Part shown: piece by piece, positions 9,221 to 18,800 of the stretch
How positions within the stretch are numbered: position 1 is the first letter of the stretch
Layout of the letters: each line of letters begins with the position of its first letter
DNA from: a bacterium
Lineage (GTDB): Bacteria > Patescibacteriota > Minisyncoccia > Minisyncoccales > CG1-02-41-26
Assembly (NCBI GenBank): GCA_030616605.1
Contig: JAUWWY010000001.1
Coordinates: forward strand, 198,251 to 240,375
Length of the DNA: 42,125 nt
Reading direction: 5' to 3'
Made by a program: the position numbers and the translations under genes
Notes under the pieces: generated by a model
Seen by the model: the letters and a program-made list of their open reading frames with translations, nothing else
What the model was told of the DNA's origin: nothing
Databases searched by the model: none

Positions 9221-11218
9221 TTAGTTCAAATCTAAAAGAGCTTCAAATTCTTTTTTCCATTGGGGGTTAATCTCAACTGCTTCTTGAGCCATTTCTTTGG
9301 CTTTCTCTATATTATTGGAAATTTGAGCAATCTGAATTCCAATCTTGTGAGACTGGAGATTTTTCGGTTCCAGGTCAATTGCTTTTTGAGCAAGCTCTAA
9401 AGCGCTTTTAAAATCTCTTTGATAAAGTTTAACTTGAGCTAAAACCCAATAGCCCTGCTGATTGTCCGGGGAAAGAGAAATAGTCTCCTGGGCATAGTTT
9501 TCAGCTAAGGGAATTTTTGTTGTGTCAATTAAAATATAGAGAGTATATAAATGAGCCAACCTTAAAATTGTCCTAAAATCCAGGGGTGATTCTTTTTTAG
9601 TTTTTTCCAACTTTTTTATCAAAAAATCTAATTCATTTTTAATATCTTCTTCGGGCATTTTTTCAATATTGTTTTGGATAATATTTTGAGATTGCTGGGC
9701 AAAAAATTCTCTTATCTGATATTTACCTAAAGGAGAGGTTTCCAGAGTTTTTTGATAAAGATTTACTCTCTGAGAGGAATCCCCTGCTCTAAGTGCCTTT
9801 ATTACTAAATAATCTGTTCTTAAGGGTTGAATAACAAATTGAAAAAAAGTGAAAAGAAAAATTAAAACTAAAAGAGCTGCTGGCCATTGATGTTTTCTAA
9901 CAAATTTTCTTTCTTTCTTTTTCTTTATTTCTCTTCCAATGTTGGCTAAAAAGCCGCCAAATCCCAAAACTAAAACAAACATCATTAAACTGGTAACCAT
10001 ATCAAAAACAGTCAGGTTTTGAATAAAATAACTAATTAAAACAGCTGGGAAAATTGAAAAAGTCCAAAAATCCAGAGATTTCTCTTTGAAATATTTTCTC
10101 CCTAAAACATAAAAGAAACCAGCAAAGAGCCCAAGATAAGTCAATAAACCAAAAATACCGGTCATTACCAAAGTATCAAAAATAATATTATGACTCCGGT
10201 CAAACCAAATCTCTCCACCACACTCTCCAATAAAAAGACAAGGGTTAAAAAATTTAGTAAAAGTTAAAGTATAATTCTCCGGACCCCAACCAAGTAACGG
10301 TTTTTCTAGAAATCCTTTTTGAGCCATTTCCCAGTTTACAAACCGAGATTGAGTAGTTATTTCAATAAATTTTTGATTAATAAAGGTTTCAGGGATAAAA
10401 AGTAAAGTCAAGCCTATTAAAACAACAAGGGAACTAATTATAAGGGTTGCTTTGCCTAAAAATCTTATTCTTTTGTTTTGGGGTCGAAAGCTTAACCAAA
10501 GTAAAAATATCAAAGCTAATCCACCTAAAGCTGAAAGAGTAGCTGCCCTAGCTCCAGCTAAATATATCACTAAGAACATTAGAATTGCTCCACCTAAGGA
10601 ATAAATTTTCCAACCCCAGTGTCTTTTTTGAAAAAATAACCAAACTGCCAAAAAGGCATTGAATAAAAGATAGGTTCCTAAAAATGAAGTGTTACCTAAA
10701 GTTGTTCCTCCTCTATCAGAAAATTTAAAACTCTCAACTCCAGCAATTTCCAAGAGGGCTATAAAAGATATTATAATTGCCACAAAGGTTGAGATGATAA
10801 AAATTTTCTTCCAATCAGAAAGTTTTTTAAAAGTTGAAGAAATTACCAGAAAAAAGCCGAAAAGATGAAACCACATCAAGAGACCGGTCATTCTTTCATA
10901 TTTTGACCAAAAAGACCTGGAAAAATCTACCCCCAAAACTGAGCTTAGTATTAAAACAATTAAAAATAAAATAAAAGCTATCAGAATTGAATTGAGTTTG
11001 GGACGATATTTTCTGTTATTTAAGATTAAAATCAGCCAGGCAAAAAATATAATCTGGCAAATTGCCATAAAATACAAACTTTTGGGTCCAACAAAGGGAA
11101 AATAAAATTTAGTATTTATAATTAAGGGGGTAAATAAAGCTAAAAGAACCCCGAAGAAAATAAAATTAACCAAAAAAGGCCTTTTTTGTCCTGATAAAGT
11201 TTCTTTTTCTTTTGGCAT
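9221..11218 (-). CDS. O-antigen ligase / Wzy-like polytopic membrane protein with C-terminal TPR repeats
   Basis: About 12 hydrophobic segments followed by a TPR-like C-terminus (GYWVLAQVKLYQRDFKSALELAQKAIDLEPKN). I prefer the ATG at 11218 (MPKEKE..., preceded by GAAGGAGA) over the ORF-track start at 11296, which adds an Arg/Gly-rich leader encoded by a GC-rich hairpin. Confidence 0.7.
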   Translation of the reverse strand: MPKEKETLSGQKRPFLVNFIFFGVLLALFTPLIINTKFYFPFVGPKSLYFMAICQIIFFAWLILILNNRKYRPKLNSILIAFILFLIVLILSSVLGVDFSRSFWSKYERMTGLLMWFHLFGFFLVISSTFKKLSDWKKIFIISTFVAIIISFIALLEIAGVESFKFSDRGGTTLGNTSFLGTYLLFNAFLAVWLFFQKRHWGWKIYSLGGAILMFLVIYLAGARAATLSALGGLALIFLLWLSFRPQNKRIRFLGKATLIISSLVVLIGLTLLFIPETFINQKFIEITTQSRFVNWEMAQKGFLEKPLLGWGPENYTLTFTKFFNPCLFIGECGGEIWFDRSHNIIFDTLVMTGIFGLLTYLGLFAGFFYVLGRKYFKEKSLDFWTFSIFPAVLISYFIQNLTVFDMVTSLMMFVLVLGFGGFLANIGREIKKKKERKFVRKHQWPAALLVLIFLFTFFQFVIQPLRTDYLVIKALRAGDSSQRVNLYQKTLETSPLGKYQIREFFAQQSQNIIQNNIEKMPEEDIKNELDFLIKKLEKTKKESPLDFRTILRLAHLYTLYILIDTTKIPLAENYAQETISLSPDNQQGYWVLAQVKLYQRDFKSALELAQKAIDLEPKNLQSHKIGIQIAQISNNIEKAKEMAQEAVEINPQWKKEFEALLDLN

Positions 11219-11230
11219 TTCTCCTTCTTG

Positions 11231-11256
11231 CCCTCCGTAGCCTTGGCGAAGGAGGG
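11231..11256. repeat. Isolated GC-rich imperfect palindrome (CCCTCC-GTA-GCC-TT-GGC-GAA-GGAGGG) just upstream of the preferred Wzy-like start
   Basis: Read directly from the sequence. It is a strikingly GC-rich patch in an AT-rich intergenic or 5' region. If translated it gives LRQGYGGQ. Confidence 0.4.
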
Positions 11257-11346
11257 TCTCTCTTCTTTCTCTTTTTTCTCTTGATTTTTTACCCATTAGA
11301 TTATTTTACTTGAAACAATTAAAAAATCAAAGTAAAATAACTTAAT

Positions 11347-12654
11347 ATGACAAAAATAAGACAAATAATTTTGCTTTTAGGAGATATAATTTTAGCTTAT
11401 ATTGCCTTAATTCTAACAGTTGTCTTTGGTTTCTGGGGAAATTTCAGCTGGCAGATTTTCTGGCAGCATTTTCTCCCTTTCACTTTTTTGTATTTCTTCT
11501 GGTTTATCTTTTTCTACATCTTTGACCTTTATAATCTTAATTTAATCCGGCCCAAAGTGGAATTTTTGGCAAGGATTGGAAGTTGTTTCCTGGTTTGTTT
11601 TGCTCTGGGAATGATTTTCTTTTATTTAATTCCTTTTCTCGGCATCACTCCAAAGACAAATCTTTTAATTAATATAATAATTTTTGCTCTTTTAACGTCT
11701 ATTTGGCGGAGAAGTTTTTATCATCTCTTTTCTGCTCATCTTCTTCAAAGGGTGGCTTTCTTGGGAAAAAATCCTTTGGCAGAATCTTTAGTAAAAGAAT
11801 TTAAAACCCAGCCTCATTTAGGTTATAAATTTGTTAAATTTTTAAATATTAGAAAAGCTCTCTTACCCCAATTAAAAAATAGAAAAATTGATACCCTAAT
11901 AATGGTTGGAGATATAACAGAAAATCCAAAATTAGTTCAGGATTTATATAAATCACTTCCTTTAAAAATAAACCTGATAGACTTATCCGACCTTTATGAA
12001 TTACTATCCCGCAAAATTCCCATTGATTTCATAGACCATAGTTGGTTCTTAAAGAACTTAAAAGAAGGTAAAAAGAAAATTTATGACAATATCAAAATAA
12101 TTGAAGATATTGTTTTTACAAGTTTAATAATTTTAATAACCTCTCCTTTTTGGTTGATATTCCCAATTTTAATTAAATTAGAAGACAAGGGCCCTGTTTT
12201 TTACAAACAAAAAAGAGTTGGCAAAGATAAAAAAGTATTCTGGCTTTGGAAATTCCGCTCAATGAAAAGAGGAGCAGAAAAGAAAAAAGCTGTCTGGGCA
12301 AAAAAAGAAGACCAAAGAGTCACAAAAGTCGGTAGATTTTTAAGGCGGAGTCATTTGGATGAAATTCCCCAGATGCTCAATGTTCTAAAAGGAGATATAT
12401 CCCTGGTTGGACCCAGGCCGGAACGGCCTGAATTTGTTAAAAAACTTGAAAAAGAAATTCCTCATTATCACTTGCGCCATATTATCAAACCCGGCTTTAG
12501 CGGCTGGGGCCAGATAAATTTCAGATATGCCCGAAGTGTAATGGATTCCCATGAAAAATTCCAATATGACCTTTATTATATAAAAAACAGGTCTTTATTA
12601 TTAGACCTGGGAATCTTACTCAAAACTTTTCAGATATTTTTTAAAAAAGAATAA
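11347..12654 (+). CDS. Polyprenyl-phosphate sugar phosphotransferase (bacterial sugar transferase / WbaP-EpsB type priming enzyme)
   Basis: N-terminal TM helices, then the C-terminal catalytic domain KFRSM...DEIPQMLNVLKGDISLVGPRPERPEF. Confidence 0.9.
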   Translation: MTKIRQIILLLGDIILAYIALILTVVFGFWGNFSWQIFWQHFLPFTFLYFFWFIFFYIFDLYNLNLIRPKVEFLARIGSCFLVCFALGMIFFYLIPFLGITPKTNLLINIIIFALLTSIWRRSFYHLFSAHLLQRVAFLGKNPLAESLVKEFKTQPHLGYKFVKFLNIRKALLPQLKNRKIDTLIMVGDITENPKLVQDLYKSLPLKINLIDLSDLYELLSRKIPIDFIDHSWFLKNLKEGKKKIYDNIKIIEDIVFTSLIILITSPFWLIFPILIKLEDKGPVFYKQKRVGKDKKVFWLWKFRSMKRGAEKKKAVWAKKEDQRVTKVGRFLRRSHLDEIPQMLNVLKGDISLVGPRPERPEFVKKLEKEIPHYHLRHIIKPGFSGWGQINFRYARSVMDSHEKFQYDLYYIKNRSLLLDLGILLKTFQIFFKKE

Positions 12655-12657
12655 GTT

Positions 12658-13785
12658 TTATCTTTCCTCATATAATTTTTCATAAGCTTTAACCATTTTA
12701 TCTAAAGTAAAATTTTCTTTGGCAATCTTTAAACTCTTTTTAGCCATTTTCTTTCTTTTTGTCGGATTATCTATAAGATAACCTATTTTCTTTAATAATT
12801 CAGTTTGTTTATCTAAGTTCACTAAAAATCCATTTTTTCCTTCCTGGACTAATTCTTTTAATCCCCCTACACGAGTTGCAACAATTGGCAGACCAGCAAA
12901 CATTGCCTCAATGACAGTAATTGGCAACCCCTCAAATTTTGAGATTAAAACAAAAATATCAAACTCTTGCAGAAATTGGCGAGTTTCTTGGGGATTTTTT
13001 TCACCCAAAAGAAAAACAGTATCTTTTAATTTATTTTCTTTTATAAAATTCTCGCATTCTTTAAAAAAGATACCTGAGCCAATGAGTATAAATTTTGTTT
13101 GAGGAAAGATTTTTCTAATTTCTTTTGCTGTTTTGAGAAACGTTAAAGGGTCTTTTGGGTAAGCCAATCTTCCAATCATACCGATAACTATTTCGCTAAT
13201 TTTTATTTTTAAACTTTTTCTTATCTTTGCTCTATTACTTTTAACGTCAAAATTGATTCCGTTTCTTATGACTAAAAACTTGTTTCGAGGAGCAATTTTT
13301 CTTTTAATTCCATCTTCTCTCCCCTTCTTAGAAACGCAAATAATTCTTGTTGAAAATTTGGCAGCAATTTTTTCTAAAAAAATCTGTAATTTCTGTATTC
13401 TGCCATATTCCTCAATGTTGTAAAAACCCCAGCCGTGAGCAGTAAAATAATTTTTTTTAACACCAGCTAAGTTTGCAGCAATTCTTCCTAAAATTCCTGC
13501 TTTTGTTGAATGACAATGAACGATGTCGTATTTTTCTGTTTTAATTAATCTATAAAGTGAAATTAGGGTTTTCAAATCATTAAGGAACGAAATTTCCCGG
13601 CGAAAAGAAGAAATTTCATAAATTTTTATCCCTTTTTCTTTTAATTTTTTTATTAAAAGACCTCCTGAACCACAAGCTGCCTCAACCAAAAATTTATCTT
13701 TCGGTAAATTTGTTACTAAATCATAAAAAACTCTTTGCGCTCCTCCCCATTCTGAAAGAGTTATAATATGAAGAACTTTAACCAT
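12658..13785 (-). CDS. GT4 (GT-B fold) glycosyltransferase
   Basis: SKFEGLPITVIEAMFAGLPIVATRVGGLKELV (E-x7-E region). Confidence 0.85.
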   Translation of the reverse strand: MVKVLHIITLSEWGGAQRVFYDLVTNLPKDKFLVEAACGSGGLLIKKLKEKGIKIYEISSFRREISFLNDLKTLISLYRLIKTEKYDIVHCHSTKAGILGRIAANLAGVKKNYFTAHGWGFYNIEEYGRIQKLQIFLEKIAAKFSTRIICVSKKGREDGIKRKIAPRNKFLVIRNGINFDVKSNRAKIRKSLKIKISEIVIGMIGRLAYPKDPLTFLKTAKEIRKIFPQTKFILIGSGIFFKECENFIKENKLKDTVFLLGEKNPQETRQFLQEFDIFVLISKFEGLPITVIEAMFAGLPIVATRVGGLKELVQEGKNGFLVNLDKQTELLKKIGYLIDNPTKRKKMAKKSLKIAKENFTLDKMVKAYEKLYEER

Positions 13786-14590
13786 AAATTTTTCTCCTTA
13801 AAAGATATTTTCTAACAAATTTTCTAAGAAAAAAGGGTGTTTTTAAAAAAAGATAAGACTTTAAAAGATAAATATAGCACCACTTTGGATATTGATCATT
13901 TAGGATTGCCTTCTTTTTTGCTTTAAGAACAAATAATAACTGCTCTTTATCTTTAGTCGGAGAAAGACTTTCTTTATAATATCGCTTCATCACTAAATAT
14001 TCTGGTAAGTTTGCAATTTTGTAATTCTTAGCAATTCTTAACCAAAGTTCATAATCCTCTGATTGAGGAAAGCTTTCATTGTATCCTTCCTTCTTATCGA
14101 AAATTTCTTTTTTCAGCATTATTGAACTTTGAATAAAGGGGTTATACCTAATTAAAATTTTCTTGAGAATTTTATTTTTTGTTGGAAAAATTTTCTTACT
14201 CATCATTTCCCCCTTATGATTTATTTCATAACAGCCAGTCCCTAATAATCCTATTTCAGAATTTTTTTCCATAAAATTTATCTGTCTTTCTAATTTTTCT
14301 CTTAACCAGAGGTCGTCAGCGTCCAAAAAAGCAATATATTTTCCTTGAGCTCTTTTAATACCGGTGTTTCTGGCAGCTGCCGGTCCTTTGTTTTTTTGCC
14401 AAATATAAATAATTCGAGGCTCATTAAATGAGTTGACGATTTCTGCTGTCTCATCGGTTGAGCCATCATCTACTACAATGATTTCTATACTTTTGAAAGT
14501 TTGACTCAAAACACTCTCAAGCGTTTTTTTTATATATTTTTCCTGATTATAGGTAGGGATGATTACTGAAACTAAGGGTTGTTCTTTCAT
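13778..14590 (-). CDS. GT2 (GT-A fold) glycosyltransferase
   Basis: VSVIIPTYNQEKYI, VDDGSTD, and the DAD motif in FLDADDLW. Confidence 0.85.
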   Translation of the reverse strand: MKEQPLVSVIIPTYNQEKYIKKTLESVLSQTFKSIEIIVVDDGSTDETAEIVNSFNEPRIIYIWQKNKGPAAARNTGIKRAQGKYIAFLDADDLWLREKLERQINFMEKNSEIGLLGTGCYEINHKGEMMSKKIFPTKNKILKKILIRYNPFIQSSIMLKKEIFDKKEGYNESFPQSEDYELWLRIAKNYKIANLPEYLVMKRYYKESLSPTKDKEQLLFVLKAKKKAILNDQYPKWCYIYLLKSYLFLKTPFFLRKFVRKYLLRRKIYG

Positions 14591-15651
14591 TTTGTTAAGC
14601 CAATAATTTTAAATATCTCTTTAAATCTTTTTTCATAAGTATGGTCTTGTAAAGTGCGTTCATGACCTGCTCGAGCAATTGCTTCTCTTTTATCTTCATG
14701 AGCTAAATAATAATGGATTTTATCAATAAGGTCTTTGGTGTTCTGGAAAATTACAATTTCTTTTCCGGGGATATAATAATCTTTTAAATTATCAGCATTA
14801 CTGGTTAATAAAAATCCCCCGGAGCCGGGAATTTCAAAATTCCTTCCCTTAATTTGCTCTCTTTTTTTAGCTAAGATTGATTGAAAATTGGGAAACCAAT
14901 ATCTCGGACTTACAAATTTCAAGGATTCGTTTAACTCTCTCTTTAAAAATATAGAAGCCAATGCTCTGAAATTAATATTTCCAGAGCTCTTTGTTAAATT
15001 AAGATTAATTTTACTTTGAGAAAATATTTTTATCATTTCTTCTTGAGAAATTCTTTTGGCTGGCCATCCTTTTCCCCAACATTTTACATTGATACCTGCT
15101 TTTTTTATCTTCTCAATTACTTCTCTCCGATTGCCATGAGGCTGTCCGATAAAAGTTACATCATAAATCTTTGGTAAATTTAAGGGTTTGTATAAAAAGT
15201 GATTACAAGCCCATTGAGTTTTAATTACATTCTTGTAGCCAATTTTGTGATATTTTTCCTTTGCCTGAGAATCAGTAGTTGAAACCCAATGAAATAAAGG
15301 AGTATAATATTTAGAAAAATTATAAAATCTAAAATGGTCATCAGCAAACCAGTTAAAAGTTATAGAACCACTTTGTTTGGTAATTTTTTTAATAGTTTGT
15401 TTTTTAATTTCATCTTTAAAAAGAAAAAAGAAACATAAATCCGGTTTCTCTTTTTGGACAGTTTCCAACAATTTTTCATTCATTTTATCCCTTCCAACCT
15501 CTCGCATTATTTCATCAAAAGGAAAATAGCTAACCTGATGCTTTCCTCCCTCAATTTTCTTCAGAGAGTCATAAAAATTATAGTGCTCAAAACTGTATCC
15601 CAATTCTTGCCTTCCATATTCATATTTCATTCCAATATAAAGAATTTTCAT
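14587..15651 (-). CDS. CgeB-like glycosyltransferase-family protein
   Basis: The C-terminal GRNFEIPGSGGFLLTS...DLIDKIHYYLAHEDKREAIARAGHERTLQDHTYEKR resembles CgeB/Glyco_trans_1_2 proteins. I chose the start at MKILYIG (15651), 1 nt after the upstream stop, rather than 15681. Confidence 0.55.
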   Translation of the reverse strand: MKILYIGMKYEYGRQELGYSFEHYNFYDSLKKIEGGKHQVSYFPFDEIMREVGRDKMNEKLLETVQKEKPDLCFFFLFKDEIKKQTIKKITKQSGSITFNWFADDHFRFYNFSKYYTPLFHWVSTTDSQAKEKYHKIGYKNVIKTQWACNHFLYKPLNLPKIYDVTFIGQPHGNRREVIEKIKKAGINVKCWGKGWPAKRISQEEMIKIFSQSKINLNLTKSSGNINFRALASIFLKRELNESLKFVSPRYWFPNFQSILAKKREQIKGRNFEIPGSGGFLLTSNADNLKDYYIPGKEIVIFQNTKDLIDKIHYYLAHEDKREAIARAGHERTLQDHTYEKRFKEIFKIIGLTK

Positions 15652-15652
15652 A

Positions 15653-16573
15653 CTAAGCAAATAATTGGAGGACTGATTCAATTTTTCTTTCAGGAATAAA
15701 AATTAAATTATCATAATTATACTCTTCTTTAATATTATGGACGATTAATTTACCCTCGGGTGTTATTTTAAATGCCTGATAACCATTATCCAATAATATT
15801 TTGATTGATTTTTGACAATTCTCTCTCCATTCCTTACCTCCTCCAACTTCTAAAATTAGTAATGGACGATACTTAGAAATTATCATAGAGGTACCCTTTA
15901 AAAGTAAACTCTCAGAACCCTCCACATCTAATTTAATTATTGTAGGGACAATATCTTCTTTTATGCAAAAATTATCTAATGTTTCTGTTCTTACTTTTAT
16001 TACTTTTCCCTTATTCTTTAGGAAATTTACTTTTCTTTTAAAAAATGTGTTAAAAACGTTGAATCGAGGTCCGTAATCTATAAAATCAAATACTCCAACT
16101 CTATCAGACAATGCTACCTGTCTCGGATAAATATTTGAAAATAGTTTTACATTTTCTTTCAATATTGAGTAAGTTCTTGGGGTTGGCTCAAAACTATAGA
16201 CTTTGCCCATAGAATCAACCAGGTTTTTGGCTAAAAGTGAATAATATCCAATATTACTTCCTGCATCTATAAAAATGTCGCCTGGTTTTAAACTCTTAAT
16301 AAGGAAAATTGTCAATTCTGGATCCTGAAATCCCAAATAATAAATTGACCCTATGCTACCCGAAGAATAACCAGATATTTTGCCTCCCCAAATTGTTTTT
16401 GCTTTTATTTTTATTTTAATTGGGGAATATTGATTTAGTAAAACAAAAAAATAAAAAATACTTGTTTTAATAGGAGTATATAAAAACCTCCCTTTTCTCA
16501 TACTTAAGTAATAAAAAGGTCTTAATTTTATTATTTTATCTATAATTTCTTGCTTTTGTATTTTCTGAGCCAT
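15653..16573 (-). CDS. FkbM-family SAM-dependent methyltransferase
   Basis: IFIDAGSNIGYYSLLA, FEPTPRTYSILKENV, IIKLDVEGSE. The start is uncertain because 16573 overlaps the upstream gene by 38 nt; an alternative ATG is at 16501. Confidence 0.8.
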   Translation of the reverse strand: MAQKIQKQEIIDKIIKLRPFYYLSMRKGRFLYTPIKTSIFYFFVLLNQYSPIKIKIKAKTIWGGKISGYSSGSIGSIYYLGFQDPELTIFLIKSLKPGDIFIDAGSNIGYYSLLAKNLVDSMGKVYSFEPTPRTYSILKENVKLFSNIYPRQVALSDRVGVFDFIDYGPRFNVFNTFFKRKVNFLKNKGKVIKVRTETLDNFCIKEDIVPTIIKLDVEGSESLLLKGTSMIISKYRPLLILEVGGGKEWRENCQKSIKILLDNGYQAFKITPEGKLIVHNIKEEYNYDNLIFIPERKIESVLQLFA

Positions 16574-17504
16574 ACAAAGAATTTACTATATTCAGGTAAT
16601 TTTTAGCGGATATTTTGTTAGTAAAATTTTCTAAAGAATATTCTCTTGGTTTAAAATTGGAAAAATTTTTAATAAAAATATTGAATTTATTTACAAAATC
16701 CCCTTTATCTTTAAAAAACATCCCACACTCATCTGTTAAATACGGCGCGCTTATTCTATCATCATACCATTTATAATTATTCCATTGCATATACCCACGA
16801 TTCCAAACAAAAGTTGGCACATCTCTTATCCAGGCCTCCTGTAAAGCCAATCCTTGACTCTCTGATTCTGAAAGACATATCATAAATTTCACTTTATTGA
16901 GCATTTCAAAATATTTTTCTTTTTTATATCTCCCATATTTTATTATTTTGTAATCAATGTTTCTAGATTCTAAGTATTGAATTATAAAATTAAAAAGTTC
17001 TTTACCAACGCTTTTCTTGTAAACCAAACATCCTTGTCGCGGGTTTTTCTGGAAATCTTTAGGATTCTCTACTCCGGCTGCCCAAACTCTAATCTTTTTA
17101 TCAAATCCTTTTTTAAAAGAAGCATAAAAATCTTTAACCCATTGAGAAGGAACAATAACCAAATCAATTACTTCATTTAATAAAATACCATTGGCATCTT
17201 CAGGAGTTACTATTATATTAGGCCCAGCAACTATCTTTTTAATTTTACCTTCTTTTTTTGCCTTGATTGCCCATTTTAAAGCATTAACCCCACTGACAAC
17301 ACAAACAACACCTGAAATATCTTGAACTTTTGGATTTAACTGATAATCAACGCCCAAAATATCAAATCCACTAATTAAACTCTCCAAAACCGCCTCGGGT
17401 CCTCCATAATAAAAAACATGGCTTTTAATGTACTTTTTGAACCACAAATAAAGCCGTTCTAAAAAAGAGGCTTCAGGAGATAAAGTTAATAAGATTACTT
17501 TCAT
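16536..17504 (-). CDS. Hypothetical GT-B-like glycosyltransferase
   Basis: Two Rossmann-like halves are suggested, and SESESQGLALQEAW resembles the GT1/GT4 acceptor-half Glu motif. The family assignment is weak. Confidence 0.45.
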   Translation of the reverse strand: MKVILLTLSPEASFLERLYLWFKKYIKSHVFYYGGPEAVLESLISGFDILGVDYQLNPKVQDISGVVCVVSGVNALKWAIKAKKEGKIKKIVAGPNIIVTPEDANGILLNEVIDLVIVPSQWVKDFYASFKKGFDKKIRVWAAGVENPKDFQKNPRQGCLVYKKSVGKELFNFIIQYLESRNIDYKIIKYGRYKKEKYFEMLNKVKFMICLSESESQGLALQEAWIRDVPTFVWNRGYMQWNNYKWYDDRISAPYLTDECGMFFKDKGDFVNKFNIFIKNFSNFKPREYSLENFTNKISAKNYLNIVNSLYGSENTKARNYR

Positions 17505-17517
17505 TTACCCTAAAATA

Positions 17518-18252
17518 TTAGGACTCAAATTCCTTCATCGCTTTTTTAGCATCTTCTATAAACTGAGCAACTGTTTCTTTTGTTCTCGCCCCAAGTAAAG
17601 ATTTAGCAATTACCTCTGGGGGAATGGTCAAAATATGAGCACCTGTTCTTGACCAATATTCTACATTTTCCGGAGTTCTTACTGAACCGACAATAATTTC
17701 AATCCCTTTAAACTGGTGGAAATCAAACCAATTTCGAAGCTCTTCCAAAACTTGAAAAGTCCGTTCTACTCCTTGCTCTTCGGAAATTCTTCCTCCAAAA
17801 ACGCTGATAAAATGAGGGGTCTTTGCTTTTTCAGGATTCGCTTCCATTCCTGTTTTAATTGCTTTGGCGGCAAAAATTGCCTGGTTAAAAGTAGTCATTG
17901 CCGTAACATTAACTCGAACCCCTTCGCTCACTAATTTTTGAATAATCGGCAGAAAAGAATTTCCCTCTCTATCAGTAATGGTAACTTTAACAGCAATATT
18001 TTCGGCTAATTTAGAATAATCTCTTGCCTGATTAAGAATCTCTTCCGGGTCCTCGCTTGTTACCTCAACACTAACAGGCCGAGGTTCAATTAATTTAGCA
18101 ATCTCAATTGTTCTTCTTTTTATTCCTTCTATCCCGCCTGTCACTCCACACTTTAAACAAATAGTAGGATTAGTAGTAACACCATCACATAAACCCCAGT
18201 TAAGGTATTTTTCAATTTCCTCTAAGTCTGCACTATCAATAAATATTTTCAT
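17518..18252 (-). CDS. Transaldolase / fructose-6-phosphate aldolase family protein (short TalC/Fsa type)
   Basis: MKIFIDSADLEEIEKYLNWGLCDGVTTNPT and the class I aldolase barrel length (~240 aa). It is encoded immediately downstream of gmhB on the same strand. Confidence 0.8.
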   Translation of the reverse strand: MKIFIDSADLEEIEKYLNWGLCDGVTTNPTICLKCGVTGGIEGIKRRTIEIAKLIEPRPVSVEVTSEDPEEILNQARDYSKLAENIAVKVTITDREGNSFLPIIQKLVSEGVRVNVTAMTTFNQAIFAAKAIKTGMEANPEKAKTPHFISVFGGRISEEQGVERTFQVLEELRNWFDFHQFKGIEIIVGSVRTPENVEYWSRTGAHILTIPPEVIAKSLLGARTKETVAQFIEDAKKAMKEFES

Positions 18253-18262
18253 AATATTTTCA

Positions 18263-18799
18263 TTATTTTTTATTTGAATTTTTAATAATTTCGACCGTTT
18301 CTTCTAAATTATTAACCTCAAAATCATAGTCCTTTTGGAAATCTTTATTATATTCTCTTCTTATTAAAATTGTTTTACAGCCAGCTGCCTTGCCAGCTCC
18401 AATGTCTTTCCATGTATCTCCAATTACATATGACTTCTTTAAATCAATAGACCATTTTTTAGCTGCTTCTAATAATAATCCTGGTTTTGGTTTTCTACAG
18501 TTGCAATTATTTTTATCATCATGAGGACAAAACTTGATTCCATCCACTAGTAATGTTTCCATTATAAACTTATGCATTTCCCCCAAATCTTCTATTTTTA
18601 GTAACCCTCTGCTTATATCCGGCTGACTAGTAAAAACTATATTCAGGAATTCCATTTTTTTAAATTCCTTTAAACATTCTTTAACATTCGGCAAAATCTC
18701 AAACTCTTCTAATCTCCAAGGAGAAGAAACTATTCCCTTTCGCATAACTACTTTGTTTATCACTCCATCCCTGTCTAAAAATATAGCTTTATTCTTCAT
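18263..18799 (-). CDS. gmhB: D-glycero-D-manno-heptose 1,7-bisphosphate phosphatase (HAD, GmhB type)
   Basis: FLDRDGVIN (DxD nucleophile), Zn-finger-like CPHDDKNNCNCRKPKPGLL, GDTWKDIGAGKAAG. Confidence 0.8.
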   Translation of the reverse strand: MKNKAIFLDRDGVINKVVMRKGIVSSPWRLEEFEILPNVKECLKEFKKMEFLNIVFTSQPDISRGLLKIEDLGEMHKFIMETLLVDGIKFCPHDDKNNCNCRKPKPGLLLEAAKKWSIDLKKSYVIGDTWKDIGAGKAAGCKTILIRREYNKDFQKDYDFEVNNLEETVEIIKNSNKK

Positions 18800-18800
18800 C

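Noticed and set aside
9221-11296. Longer N-terminal extensions proposed by the ORF track for several genes (11296, 15681, 19427, 29666, 32461, 38381, 39120, 41984)
   Set aside because: In each case an internal ATG begins the conserved domain or signal peptide and removes a 28-45-nt overlap with the upstream gene. I used the shorter models, though without experimental support the starts remain uncertain.
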